From: a virus
Lineage: Duplodnaviria > Caudoviricetes
IMG/VR virus record: IMGVR_UViG_3300014205_000175
Location: 138,827-202,826 of that record
Reading direction: 5' to 3' (one strand)
DNA: 64,000 nt
The stretch's first letter is position 1. Each line of letters opens with the position of its first letter. Shown here one piece after another: positions 39,090-49,328 of the stretch. The notes under the pieces are model-generated. The model did no database searches and was not told the DNA's origin. It saw only the letters and a program-made list of their open reading frames with translations. The position numbers were made by a program, and so were the translations under genes.

Positions 39090-40433
39090 ATGGGTAAATT
39101 CTTGAATCTTGCTGTGGAAGCTGAACCGGTCGTAGTCGACCATGACGTTGATCGTGACGGTATCGAACAGTCCGCTATCGAACTGCATGCCGATGTGTGT
39201 GACGTGCATGCCGAGACCGACGACATCATCGAGACTATGCAGTACACAGGTAGTCTTAGTAACATCGCCAACAACATGGCACAAGGCCCAGAAACGTTCT
39301 CGGTCGAATCGGTGCGCATCACGCACGTCATGGTTGACTCCATCCTCAATCGGCTCGGGATGCGGGATTCACGTCCCATTCCGGTGATGGAATGCTTCGA
39401 GAACCATTTCGAGCGCCGCATGGCTTATCAGATTGCCAGTGAAGGTCTGGTCGAATCGATCGTTTCGATCTGGCGTGCCATCAAGCGAGCGATCCTGTCA
39501 GTGTGGGAGCGTCTCAAGGCGTTTTTCCACCGTATGTTCGATGTTACGCGGAAGCTCGAAAAGTGGAACAACCAGCTCAAGGACCGTCTCAAAAATCCCG
39601 GCGCTTATCCGCTCGAAGATGAGTTCGAACATGAAGAGATCGCACGTGCTTTTGTCATCAATAACCGTGTGCGTAGCGACAACGTGTTGACTATTCTAAA
39701 CAGCCACGCCGACATCACTAGCGATATCAAAGTTCTCGCTAACAATCTCGCTACTAGTTCGAGGTTGCTGAACGCCGTCAAAGACGATTACATCAATAAA
39801 ATTACTGACCTCAAACTCCTCACTGCTCAAAACGGCGAGATCCCGCCTTCGGAGCATAATCTCGAACAGTTCGAGCTCGATCTGAACGAGAAGATCAAGA
39901 TCTTTCGCACCGACATCATCAATGCGCTACATCTGCAACAAAGCGCCGAGGGTAACGAAGGACAGATTGCTGAGTCTACCACGGTACTTCTTGAAGGCAA
40001 AAAGATCTATCTTAACTCGACTAAAATCGGAAATAGTAACTATGAGCTCGATATTACATTTAGCGACCCCGAGTCGCCTGGTGAAATCAAGCTACGCGTA
40101 TTGACTACCGAAGAACTACGCCAAGTGACGATTGCATGTGACCGGCTTTTGAAACTACAATCACTGGTTAACGATGCCGGCAATGAAGTCAACAAAGCCA
40201 CTCGTAGCCTAATAAGCATTATCGAGTCGATCGAGCGTACCATTTTCGATCTTAATCGCACCCATAAAGACACCGCTACTATCTATATGAAATCCTTGGA
40301 ACCGGTGCGTCAATATGTTAATTCGATGATCGCCGTCATCAATCGTGTCTATAGCACGGTACCGGCACTCAACATCAATGCAGTGAGACTCGCTCTGACC
40401 TACGCCGATGAGTCACTGACACGTTATCATTAA
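39090..40433 (+). CDS. Internal head protein, paralogue of 36247
   Basis: IASE-GLVESIVSIWRAIKRAILSVW, C-terminus ALNINAVRLALTYADESLTRY. Confidence 0.8.
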   Translation: MGKFLNLAVEAEPVVVDHDVDRDGIEQSAIELHADVCDVHAETDDIIETMQYTGSLSNIANNMAQGPETFSVESVRITHVMVDSILNRLGMRDSRPIPVMECFENHFERRMAYQIASEGLVESIVSIWRAIKRAILSVWERLKAFFHRMFDVTRKLEKWNNQLKDRLKNPGAYPLEDEFEHEEIARAFVINNRVRSDNVLTILNSHADITSDIKVLANNLATSSRLLNAVKDDYINKITDLKLLTAQNGEIPPSEHNLEQFELDLNEKIKIFRTDIINALHLQQSAEGNEGQIAESTTVLLEGKKIYLNSTKIGNSNYELDITFSDPESPGEIKLRVLTTEELRQVTIACDRLLKLQSLVNDAGNEVNKATRSLISIIESIERTIFDLNRTHKDTATIYMKSLEPVRQYVNSMIAVINRVYSTVPALNINAVRLALTYADESLTRYH

Positions 40434-40439
40434 CCCCCC

Positions 40440-40475
40440 GTCAAGAGCCCTGGGGTCATCCCTAGGGCTCTTGAC
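40440..40475. terminator. 16-bp-stem hairpin ending the head-protein block
   Basis: GTCAAGAGCCCTGGGG-TCAT-CCCTAGGGCTCTTGAC. Confidence 0.65.
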
Positions 40476-40490
40476 AGAATAAATCGTAGC

Positions 40491-40507
40491 TACATATATA
40501 GTAAATG
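40491..40507 (+). promoter_or_regulatory. Candidate early promoter, copy 4
   Basis: TACATATATAGTAAATG heading the 40.5-43.7 kb cassette. Confidence 0.65.
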
Positions 40508-40554
40508 ATCACTGCCTACCCCGGCACGACATTTACTAGAGGAGATACCATCTC

Positions 40555-41148
40555 ATGACCATTCATTTGAACGGCGATATAGATACTATTTTCACTACAT
40601 TCCCAGCAGCACCTGTAGCAGTAAAGAAAAACCGCCGTCTTGTCAACGCGGTTCTCGATCATGCCTCATCCAGTCATCCTCTTGCCGAAGACGAGCCCGA
40701 GTTAGTACAATCGGTGCATTCTGGCTGGCTTAATTCTGAGACCATTATTACACCCGTGATCACCGATCTCGAAAAACCTCTCGACACCCATACCGATGTT
40801 CCGAAAGAAACCTATCAGCAACCGGTCGATATGCTCACCCATGCACTCGGTATGTTGCCGAAAAAAGCTCGTCAGTGCGGTTTTTACAATCACGTTCTCG
40901 CTCACATGACTGAGACGTGCCCGATGCAAAGCCTGATCCGTGAGTATTTCGATAGCCATCTGAAAGAGCCGTTGGCTAAAACCATCGTTGCGGCGAGTAA
41001 AACCGGTTACAGTGCTGAGCGCATTCGCATCTGGCTCACCGCGATACGCTTGCAACTCGTGGAGAAGTTCGGCTTGCTGGAGTGCCTCGAAGACCATTGG
41101 TATGGCAGTACTTTTAAAATACTTTACACGAGCGAGCAGTTCTTCTAA
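40555..41148 (+). CDS. Hypothetical protein
   Basis: 197 aa, GAGGAG RBS. Confidence 0.65.
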   Translation: MTIHLNGDIDTIFTTFPAAPVAVKKNRRLVNAVLDHASSSHPLAEDEPELVQSVHSGWLNSETIITPVITDLEKPLDTHTDVPKETYQQPVDMLTHALGMLPKKARQCGFYNHVLAHMTETCPMQSLIREYFDSHLKEPLAKTIVAASKTGYSAERIRIWLTAIRLQLVEKFGLLECLEDHWYGSTFKILYTSEQFF

Positions 41149-41543
41149 TGACACCTTTCGATGAGCGCATGCTCTCATACGCTTTGGTGAAAGCCTCCCA
41201 TCATCAATCGGGAGGCCGACACCGGATGTTTGCAGTGGCGGTCAATAAGCGCAAAATCGTCGCCGAGGGTGGCAATCAGTATCACCAGACGCACCCATTG
41301 CAGGCACACTGGGGTAGACGCGCAGGTGATGCTGATAGCTTAAAAAGAATCTATCTGCATGCGGAGATTAATATTCTCGCCCAGCTTTATCGTCTGAGGA
41401 AAACTTGTACCGGTTTATATATCGCCGGCATAACCTCAAAGGGTGAAGTGATCCAAGCTACGCCATGTAAAATATGTAGTATGGCTTTAAGCGTAGCTGG
41501 TATCGAGAATATCTTCGCCACCGATAAATCTTTTTCCTTTTAG
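41148..41543 (+). CDS. Zn-dependent cytidine/dCMP deaminase-fold protein
   Basis: LHAEI...PCKIC motif. Confidence 0.85.
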   Translation: MTPFDERMLSYALVKASHHQSGGRHRMFAVAVNKRKIVAEGGNQYHQTHPLQAHWGRRAGDADSLKRIYLHAEINILAQLYRLRKTCTGLYIAGITSKGEVIQATPCKICSMALSVAGIENIFATDKSFSF

Positions 41544-41551
41544 GATTAACG

Positions 41552-42061
41552 ATGCGAACCTATAACGATTGGGTAGAGACGGTAAAACGCGGCACGTCCT
41601 TGCGCTTGGTACCGGCAAGTATGCGTGACGGCAGGCTTTGCAGCATCGCGATCTCAGTCAACGGCTTAAATCTACGCGATGTACCGGAGGAACTACGTAC
41701 TCCTACGCATTGTCTTGATGCAGTGCAACGTTGCGGTATGGCTATTCGGTATGTTCCAACCTCGCTATTAACGGCTGAACTATGCGCTGCAGCAGTAGCT
41801 TCTCACGGACGGGCGATTCGTTACGTACCGGAAGAACTTCTCACTGAAGAGATGTGTTTAGAAGCTGTTTTAGATGCTGGGATGGGGCTGCACGATGTGC
41901 CGGTACATCAGCGTACTGCTCGGGTGTGTTGGGCTTCGGTGGAGAAATACGGTTGGACGCTAGAGTACGTACCCAACGCGCTGAAGACCCCTGAGATGTG
42001 CGATATCGCCGTACGGCGTTTTAGCTTCGCCATCTCGCATGTTCCCGAAGCTTTTCTTTAA
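41552..42061 (+). CDS. DUF4116 repeat protein
   Basis: ~25-aa repeats of VPEELxTxExCxxAVxxxGxAIRY. Confidence 0.8.
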   Translation: MRTYNDWVETVKRGTSLRLVPASMRDGRLCSIAISVNGLNLRDVPEELRTPTHCLDAVQRCGMAIRYVPTSLLTAELCAAAVASHGRAIRYVPEELLTEEMCLEAVLDAGMGLHDVPVHQRTARVCWASVEKYGWTLEYVPNALKTPEMCDIAVRRFSFAISHVPEAFL

Positions 42062-42170
42062 CAGTTTTTCATGACACTCTGCATACTTTGGATGGACAGA
42101 TCATGACTAAAGTTACTCTTTTCGGAACTCTTAGTTTCCTCCATAATCACAGTAACCCAGAGTAAAAACA

Positions 42171-42731
42171 ATGCAAAACTTTCGTACGGCGTGTAAGAAA
42201 ATGTTCGATTCCCAAGATGAACATGGTTCATCAGGCAGCACCTATCGAACGCTCACTGAGGAGCAGTGTTTACAGATAGTGGAAAAAGATGCTCTTCATC
42301 TAGCCCTGATCCCTTTGGAAATGCGTACTGCTGCACTATGTATGGCAGCGGTAAAAAAATCTGGCATAGCTATCTATTATGTACCCGTGAAGCTGCGAAG
42401 TCGTGAACTTTGTTTGGAGGCAGTAAGCCGCAGTGGTCATATTCTCGATCACGTGCCACGTGAGCTACTAACACCCGAGATCTGTAAAGCAGCGTTGCAA
42501 AACTACGGCTGGAGTCTGCGTTATGTCCCTGAACATGACCGTACGCTAGATCTGTGCCTGATAGCGATTCAAGAAGACGGCCAGGCACTCAAATATGTGC
42601 CGCGGCGACTCATGAGTAACGAGCTCTGCCTGATCGCTATCCGGCAGACTTATCGTGCGCTACAACATATCCCGAGCGCCATGCGTACTCCTGAAATCAT
42701 GGCGATCGCTTACTCGAAGGCTAGTGATTAG
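42171..42731 (+). CDS. DUF4116 repeat protein
   Basis: Same repeat type as 41552. Confidence 0.8.
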   Translation: MQNFRTACKKMFDSQDEHGSSGSTYRTLTEEQCLQIVEKDALHLALIPLEMRTAALCMAAVKKSGIAIYYVPVKLRSRELCLEAVSRSGHILDHVPRELLTPEICKAALQNYGWSLRYVPEHDRTLDLCLIAIQEDGQALKYVPRRLMSNELCLIAIRQTYRALQHIPSAMRTPEIMAIAYSKASD

Positions 42732-42759
42732 TCCCTAAAGCAAAAGGAGCTGTAGGTCC

Positions 42760-43248
42760 ATGAATGCACGTGAACGGTGTTTGCAACTAGTAGTAGATGG
42801 CGAATTGAGTTTGGCAGATGTTATACCGGAATCTAAAACTCCGGAGATGTGTCTGGCAGCAGTCAAGAAGTTCGGTCTCAGTCTAGTGTCAGTACCGTTG
42901 GACATGCGTACGCCAGAAATATGTCGTGCTGCTGTCTACCAAGATGCATGGGCCTTACAGCATGTGCCTGATTTTCTACGCAGTGATCAGTTGCATCTCG
43001 CAGCGGTGCGAAGAAATGGGCTGGCATTATATCTCATCCCACCACGCCAAAGAACAGCCGAGATTTGCAGAGTCGCGGTGCATCAAAACGGCTGCGCGTT
43101 AAAATTCATCGCACCTAGTTTGCGTACCGATGAGCTTTGCCTAGCGGCCGTACAGCAAAACGTCATGGCTCTAGAATATTCCCCTAATCGTCAGCACATC
43201 CTAGAGCTCTATACCCAACAAAAAATCGGAGTTAAAAATGTTGATTAG
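42760..43248 (+). CDS. DUF4116 repeat protein
   Basis: Same repeat type as 41552. Confidence 0.8.
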   Translation: MNARERCLQLVVDGELSLADVIPESKTPEMCLAAVKKFGLSLVSVPLDMRTPEICRAAVYQDAWALQHVPDFLRSDQLHLAAVRRNGLALYLIPPRQRTAEICRVAVHQNGCALKFIAPSLRTDELCLAAVQQNVMALEYSPNRQHILELYTQQKIGVKNVD

Positions 43249-43693
43249 TGCATTAACCGGAAAAGCAGTGAAGATCAGCTACCCTGGTCTGACTTCGCAG
43301 GATGTGGCTGATTTCTGTCGTAACGCCGAAGTGGATTTTCTCGCTCTCGGTACGTTAGGTGCTTGGGATGACGAGACCATGTTCTACGCAGCTCCGAGTA
43401 ATCATGAGGGCAGAAACCGCACCTTTGAGTTCGCCGTGGTACTGAAATGGAAACAAGTACGCGACATGATCGCTGAAGCGCAGCTATCCCCCAATAGCCG
43501 CTTTCGTCACTACAAAGGCGGCATCTATACTGTCGTATGTAAGGCGAGCGATGAGCGTACGCAACAGCCAGTGATCGTCTATCGCGACGTGCAAGGTAAA
43601 ACGTGGGTGCGTCCGCAAGAAGATTTTCGCAGTGTTGTTACCGTCGATGGTGAGATGATGCCTCGTTTCACCTATATTGGACCAGGCTACTAG
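43238..43693 (+). CDS. Protein with a C-terminal DUF1653 (SH3-like) domain
   Basis: RFRHYKGGIYTV...VIVYR...TWVRPQEDF. Confidence 0.75.
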   Translation: MLISALTGKAVKISYPGLTSQDVADFCRNAEVDFLALGTLGAWDDETMFYAAPSNHEGRNRTFEFAVVLKWKQVRDMIAEAQLSPNSRFRHYKGGIYTVVCKASDERTQQPVIVYRDVQGKTWVRPQEDFRSVVTVDGEMMPRFTYIGPGY

Positions 43694-43701
43694 TGTGTAG
43701 A

Positions 43702-43745
43702 CACCTTCTTGCCAACGCCGGCAAGAAGGTGGTGTTTTTTTTTTT
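43702..43745 (+). terminator. Intrinsic terminator closing the accessory cassette
   Basis: CACCTTCTTGCC/GGCAAGAAGGTG plus T11. Confidence 0.8.
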
Positions 43746-43757
43746 GTCTGGTTAACG

Positions 43758-43767
43758 TATCAAGTGG
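43758..43767 (+). promoter_or_regulatory. Candidate late promoter motif WATC-N3-TGG (representative copy)
   Basis: TATCAAGTGG. Further copies at 45587, 50884, 53394, 56371, 57747, 58448 and 63121, each upstream of a structural gene. Confidence 0.55.
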
Positions 43768-43794
43768 TTCCTTACATTTTAGAAGGTATGCAAT

Positions 43795-45516
43795 ATGCCT
43801 GTTGTCAGCATGACTTTACCCGATGTCGAGCAAGCGGTGGTTAGACCTGCGATCGTCGACATCATTCACCAGATCGAGAACATCGTCAAAATCCCAGCTA
43901 CTACGCGCATCATGTTTCCAGGTGAGATGGGTACCAGCGCGACAAGTAGATCGACAATCGATGAAGAACAAGACCGGCGTGCGATCTTCACCAATGATCG
44001 TTATCTTTATGTCGAGGTAGAACAGTCGTATAACGAGGACATGATCTCTAGTACGGCAGTACATCAACGTGAACACAATCCTGTTTTTCTCGATCGAGAG
44101 ATTCGTGTAGCATTATGGCCAGTGTATTTATCGACTAACTACACTATCAATTTTCGCTACTCGACACTAAGTAAAACCGAGGCAGTGAGATGGCGTGATG
44201 ATATCTACGCCAAGATCACCCAGATGCGCGATCTGAACCTACATGACATCACTTATCATTATCAGCTACCCAATGAACTATGGGAGTTGATACGAGTCAT
44301 TCACGAGCATAAAAGTCGGTTACAAACCACTCCGGAAACTTTCGAGCACTATGTCAAATCTCATGCTACCGATCGGCTCATGCTGCTAAGTGACATGACG
44401 AATAAGAACTATGCGCTGGCAGTAGCTGAAAAACAGACGCGTATTGTGGGACAATTCGACTTTAGCCCGGTACCCGAGAAGATCGAACGTGAAGATACTG
44501 GTGTGTGGATCTGTAGTTTTGGCTATAAACTCACATTTGAAAAGCCTGCGCTAATAGGCTGTCGATATCCTATTACGGTGTATAACCGTATCCTGCCAGC
44601 TGAATATGTGACGTTTCTAGCCGACGGGCGAGATGATGAGAACAAACATGATTATAGCCGATCGCTGTCGATGGAAGCGCTGTCGATGTTTGAAGCCACT
44701 CGTCAACTCGAAGCTGCGAATAACATCTATGTGCCATATCGTATCCCAGAATTCGATGAGATCAAAGTGCGTACTGGTCCGGCCGGCTACGCTTCAGCTC
44801 TGTCAGTGCTGACCGAAGTAGATGAGGATACTCGCCGTGGGTTATTTAACTTACGTGATCTAAGCCCGTATGCGTTGGACGAAGATCTACTAGATTTCAT
44901 TGCTACTTCTGAGTACCCGTATATCCATCATGCGTATCATTCGGTACTGTATATTGGCCTATATAAAAATTACGGCTACGCTTCAGATCGAATGCTGCGT
45001 TGTAACCATGATTTAGAACTTACCGCTGCTGTCGATCTTAATCTTACTCAGCCCTATCACGTGATGTTTTCGCTTCTGGTAGATCTACCGTATCTGAAAG
45101 AAGCCGCAGTGGAACGACTTAAAAAACACCCGCGCGCCTTCGTTAAAATAGTGCAGTGTATCAATGAGGCTCTGCGGAATTTTCCTGAGTTGGAGATATT
45201 GGCGAAAAAACCGCGTGTCACCACGACTGATTTTAACCGCTTCTTCCGCCACATCGTCAGCTATAACACCAAAACTTTTCCTGGACCCAACAACGTTTAC
45301 CAGTCTCCTACGACTATGGCTTATCTCAATGAGCTTGATAGTCACGGCAGACCAAAATTTACCCGTGAACAGCGTCCTACTTATCAAGATTCCCTATACG
45401 CTAACGATCCGATCCAGCCCTATCGTGGTGAGATCTGGGAACGCATCCGTGCTGACTCGATCGGTTTTAAGCGTCAGCAGCTCTCTAGCATTCTTACGAT
45501 CCACCATCAACGTTAA
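43795..45516 (+). CDS. Virion structural protein (phiKZ gp98-like by synteny)
   Basis: 573 aa, resumes the structural block. Confidence 0.65.
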   Translation: MPVVSMTLPDVEQAVVRPAIVDIIHQIENIVKIPATTRIMFPGEMGTSATSRSTIDEEQDRRAIFTNDRYLYVEVEQSYNEDMISSTAVHQREHNPVFLDREIRVALWPVYLSTNYTINFRYSTLSKTEAVRWRDDIYAKITQMRDLNLHDITYHYQLPNELWELIRVIHEHKSRLQTTPETFEHYVKSHATDRLMLLSDMTNKNYALAVAEKQTRIVGQFDFSPVPEKIEREDTGVWICSFGYKLTFEKPALIGCRYPITVYNRILPAEYVTFLADGRDDENKHDYSRSLSMEALSMFEATRQLEAANNIYVPYRIPEFDEIKVRTGPAGYASALSVLTEVDEDTRRGLFNLRDLSPYALDEDLLDFIATSEYPYIHHAYHSVLYIGLYKNYGYASDRMLRCNHDLELTAAVDLNLTQPYHVMFSLLVDLPYLKEAAVERLKKHPRAFVKIVQCINEALRNFPELEILAKKPRVTTTDFNRFFRHIVSYNTKTFPGPNNVYQSPTTMAYLNELDSHGRPKFTREQRPTYQDSLYANDPIQPYRGEIWERIRADSIGFKRQQLSSILTIHHQR

Positions 45517-45518
45517 AA

Positions 45519-45563
45519 GCCGTCATCCAGCAGAGGCCTAATGAGCCTCTGCTGGATGACGGC
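45519..45563. repeat. Perfect 19-bp-stem hairpin with a CTAATGA loop
   Basis: GCCGTCATCCAGCAGAGGC-CTAATGA-GCCTCTGCTGGATGACGGC, with no U-tract. Confidence 0.85.
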
Positions 45564-45623
45564 GATAAATAAAGCGTTGCTACGGATATCCTTTGGCTTA
45601 AAATTACCAGGAGATTTTTAATC

Positions 45624-46985
45624 ATGGCTATTGCTCGTCTCAGACCCGATGCGGTTTCACCGGTGGTACCTAACCTACCCCGAGCACAACCGGCAGAATT
45701 TAAAAGTACTGTGGTAGAAAATATCCTTCAGCCGGTTAAGTCCCTTTTAGCATATGCTGAAGGTGCGCCGTGGACGGTTAATTACTATAGCCAGCTCCTC
45801 GGTAAAAACAATGATCTTAAAGATTATGACCCAGGTCAGCCAGAGCTCTATCAGCAGTATCTCAAAATCCATCACGTAGAACTGCGTGTCACAGCACCTC
45901 TGAGTAGTTCATATATCAATGAGACTGGAGTATCACAAGTACAAGGTTCAGCATACCTGCCCTCGTGCATCACTCCGAACGTCGGTGATGTATTTCTTAC
46001 CTCGGTTGACAATGGCGACGATGCACTGTTCCGAGTGACCCTAGTAGAGCGTAAATCGCATAATCGCGAATCGCTCTACTATATCGAATATAGCCTCTAT
46101 GGGTTGATCCCACAGCACCCTGAGTGGTTAGAACTCATCGAACAAAAAGTCCAGCGCGAGTATTACTTTCATAAAGATCGTCTCATCGATGGCTTAGATG
46201 CGTTGGTTACCCCACATCAACACGAGAGGATCAGTCAGGCTGAACAGCGTCTGCGTGATATTGTTACCTATTATTTCAAGACTTTCTTTAATCGTCTCTA
46301 TTCGACTCTGGTACTGCCGAATCAGTCTACCACATTTTACGATCCGCTGCTAGTCCGGTATCTGTTACGTATGGTTGATAGTAACACTACTCCTGAGATC
46401 ATTCATCTCAATAATCTCTCTATCGAAGATGACGCGTATCTCTCGCAACCTACCCTGTGGGATGCGATGCTAGAGCAGGACTATGGTCAGCTTGAATACA
46501 TCAACCGTCAGATGGGATTTGTTACTAGCCGAGCATTTTTCCGCATGCCTTCGCTTGCTACGGCTCGATATCAACGCATGAACTACATTCTCTATCCGCT
46601 TGATGCTGATACGAGTGTGACGCTCGGCATTGACCCATTACCGAAAGAGGCGATTGAAGAGGATCTGGTGGCAGCCCCGTCGCATCACGGTCTTGCTGAC
46701 ATGCTCTATAACGAGTACATCTACGAGAACACCACGATTCGGCTACTACCGAGTCTGTTCGAAGAGAACTATTACGTGTTGTCGCCAGCTTTTTATACTG
46801 GTACTGGAACGAAAAGCCTGTTGGAAGTATTGGTGTTACGGTATCTGAAACATGAGGCTCTTGACCTACAGCAGCTACTTGTGCTCCTGAAGAACTACAC
46901 CCAATGGAACCGTCTAGAACAGTTCTATTTTCTACCGCTGGTAATCGCCATGCTCAAGACCACTCTTGGTGGGGTACGGCCATGA
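45624..46985 (+). CDS. Virion structural protein (phiKZ gp99-like by synteny)
   Basis: 453 aa, EGAPWTVNYYSQ, PNVGDVF. Confidence 0.65.
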   Translation: MAIARLRPDAVSPVVPNLPRAQPAEFKSTVVENILQPVKSLLAYAEGAPWTVNYYSQLLGKNNDLKDYDPGQPELYQQYLKIHHVELRVTAPLSSSYINETGVSQVQGSAYLPSCITPNVGDVFLTSVDNGDDALFRVTLVERKSHNRESLYYIEYSLYGLIPQHPEWLELIEQKVQREYYFHKDRLIDGLDALVTPHQHERISQAEQRLRDIVTYYFKTFFNRLYSTLVLPNQSTTFYDPLLVRYLLRMVDSNTTPEIIHLNNLSIEDDAYLSQPTLWDAMLEQDYGQLEYINRQMGFVTSRAFFRMPSLATARYQRMNYILYPLDADTSVTLGIDPLPKEAIEEDLVAAPSHHGLADMLYNEYIYENTTIRLLPSLFEENYYVLSPAFYTGTGTKSLLEVLVLRYLKHEALDLQQLLVLLKNYTQWNRLEQFYFLPLVIAMLKTTLGGVRP

Positions 46986-47548
46986 GTGGTTATGATACGA
47001 CCAAAGAGATTTGGGAGAAGCTCTATATGGTACGGCTACCGAGTCTGGATGCTACTTCGATGAGTTTTCTCAAACATCATGGCACTTACGTAACCGGCAT
47101 TAAGGAAATTGATAATGCCAACGTGAATAACTGGATCACGACTTATATCACGATTGACAAAATGGTTGAGTTCTATAAGCAGGGTGTTACCGTATCTGTC
47201 ATTCGACCCTCGGATACACAGCTCATCTATGAAGCGATTGAAAAGCATTTGGTGGGTTGGCGCACGATGCTAGAAAAAGGCATCAACATCGGTAACGCTC
47301 CGATTGAAGATCTAATCGAGATGGATAAATTCGCTAACGCCGTATATGAACATGCTCGCTACCACATCCCTGAAGAACTCATCGAGTCGCTCTTTAAGCT
47401 TAATATCGGTAAACGCATTCGAGCGATCCCTGGTCAGATGTTCCGGCCTGAACCTTCTGTCATAACCGAAGAGGAGAAACATCCGCAGCAACGCAACTCA
47501 ATGGCGGAGTTTCTCAAATCGCGTGTGCACGGCATCAAGAGGTTTTAA
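46982..47548 (+). CDS. Conserved hypothetical protein (phiKZ gp100-like by synteny)
   Basis: Start 46982 overlaps the previous stop (ATGA). APIEDLIEMDKFA. Confidence 0.6.
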   Translation: MSGYDTTKEIWEKLYMVRLPSLDATSMSFLKHHGTYVTGIKEIDNANVNNWITTYITIDKMVEFYKQGVTVSVIRPSDTQLIYEAIEKHLVGWRTMLEKGINIGNAPIEDLIEMDKFANAVYEHARYHIPEELIESLFKLNIGKRIRAIPGQMFRPEPSVITEEEKHPQQRNSMAEFLKSRVHGIKRF

Positions 47549-48943
47549 ATGCAAGCTTACTTACAAGAGTCGCCATTATGGGCAGATCTCGAAATTATTT
47601 TTAGCCGTGGTGGCGATGTGCCTGCTTTCATGTTCAAGGGCTATCTGCATACAGTAGACCATGACATCGAAGTGATGAATATTGCCAGTATCGATTTTGC
47701 GCGTGATTACGTTAACAAAATCGGTGATGAGATCGTTATCAAATTTCATATCCCCTTTGGCGATTATATGTTGGATGTTTATCCGCATCGTAACAATATG
47801 GAATTTACGCTGATTCGCACTACGCTTGTTGGTAATGGTTATCGTACCGATACCACGCAGATGCAACAGATCGAGCGTTATAAGGCAGTATTCATACCGG
47901 ATGCCAATAACCACAGCAACTTGAGTTCATTTAACACCATCGATCGCTTCACGCTCAATAATCAAGCCCCGGTGGAATTATCAATGCAGCTCCTGAACCG
48001 TACGCTTGAACCATTGCGTATTAAGACTACACAGGGAGTATTTGGTAACGTGACTCGTGAGGATCTCATCCGCGGAATACTTGGAGGAGAAACAGCAAAA
48101 ATATATGTCGATGGTAAACCCGGCATCGATGCATTTAACATCATCTCGCCTGACAATACCGAACATGTCAAGCAGATCATCTTCCCCAATAACACCCCAG
48201 TACTAGCCGTACCGACTTACATGCAAGAACGTCATACGGGTGTTTATACTGCCGGGATCGGTAACTATTTTCAAACTTACAATGACAAACGTACATGGTT
48301 TGTTTATCCATTATTTGATACTCGGCGTTTTTCTGAACCAGTGCCAAAACTTATTGTCTATGCAGTACCAAGTCAGCAATATAGCGGTATGGATCGCACC
48401 TATCGTGTAAACGATACGACATTACATGTAGTCGGTACTGGCGGGCAAAAGTATCAGGATGACGGCGAAGCTTCCCAGATGCAGCAAGGCATAGGTTTTC
48501 GTCAAGCGAGTGCTGATGCGATGATGGATAAACCCGTCAAGATGACCAAAGAAGGTCCAATCGGCGTGCGTAATAAAATCAACACCGAAGTATCGATGAA
48601 GTACCGTGATGACAATCTTAACTTTGCTGCCGTGTCATCGCGCGGTATTTCAGCTAACAACTTCGCTGAATATAGCCAACACCTTATTAACAATGGCGCA
48701 CGCATTGACATCAGCTGGCATAACTCGGACCCCAGTCTGCTCTATCCTGGCATGCCTTGTAAGTATGTCTATATGGATGATAGCGAAATGCAAGAAGTGT
48801 GCGGAGTATTGATCGCTAACCATACTTTGATTACTACCGGCAATAAGCAAACCGGTATAAAAATGACAGACACAAACTATAGTGTGAGCACGATGCTAAC
48901 CTTATTCGTAGAGAAATTTAACGAGGTAAAAGATGCGGCTTAG
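47549..48943 (+). CDS. Virion structural protein, probable baseplate hub (phiKZ gp101-like)
   Basis: 464 aa, beta-rich, GVYTAGIG, WHNSDPSLLYPGMP. Confidence 0.65.
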   Translation: MQAYLQESPLWADLEIIFSRGGDVPAFMFKGYLHTVDHDIEVMNIASIDFARDYVNKIGDEIVIKFHIPFGDYMLDVYPHRNNMEFTLIRTTLVGNGYRTDTTQMQQIERYKAVFIPDANNHSNLSSFNTIDRFTLNNQAPVELSMQLLNRTLEPLRIKTTQGVFGNVTREDLIRGILGGETAKIYVDGKPGIDAFNIISPDNTEHVKQIIFPNNTPVLAVPTYMQERHTGVYTAGIGNYFQTYNDKRTWFVYPLFDTRRFSEPVPKLIVYAVPSQQYSGMDRTYRVNDTTLHVVGTGGQKYQDDGEASQMQQGIGFRQASADAMMDKPVKMTKEGPIGVRNKINTEVSMKYRDDNLNFAAVSSRGISANNFAEYSQHLINNGARIDISWHNSDPSLLYPGMPCKYVYMDDSEMQEVCGVLIANHTLITTGNKQTGIKMTDTNYSVSTMLTLFVEKFNEVKDAA

Positions 48944-49328
48944 GATGATTAAGTGGTTTACACGACTACGCGTCAAGTTTCGTCTTTTATGCCGGGCACT
49001 AACGCTAGATGTAGATGAGGTTCTGCAAAAAGCTGAAGTGCCTCAGGTAAAGTATCGTGTTACCACGGATGACTCAGTATCATGGGAGCAAGATCCGACT
49101 GACCCAGATCCGAATGAGCTACGTTTTTATCGGCTCAAAGAGGATCTGGGAGCTTTCGAGATTCAACAGGTGGTATATCGACGTGGCACGCAAGAAGCCA
49201 TGGTCGTTATCCATAACCCTGCTCATGAAGCAACCTTCGCTTTATCCAAAAAGTGGTTCGAATATCTGTTCGAACCCATCGTGTTACAACCTATAGTTAT
49301 TCGTCATCAAGGAGATGCACATGACTAA
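48933..49328 (+). CDS. Hypothetical protein
   Basis: 131 aa, overlaps both neighbours. Confidence 0.6.
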   Translation: MRLRMIKWFTRLRVKFRLLCRALTLDVDEVLQKAEVPQVKYRVTTDDSVSWEQDPTDPDPNELRFYRLKEDLGAFEIQQVVYRRGTQEAMVVIHNPAHEATFALSKKWFEYLFEPIVLQPIVIRHQGDAHD

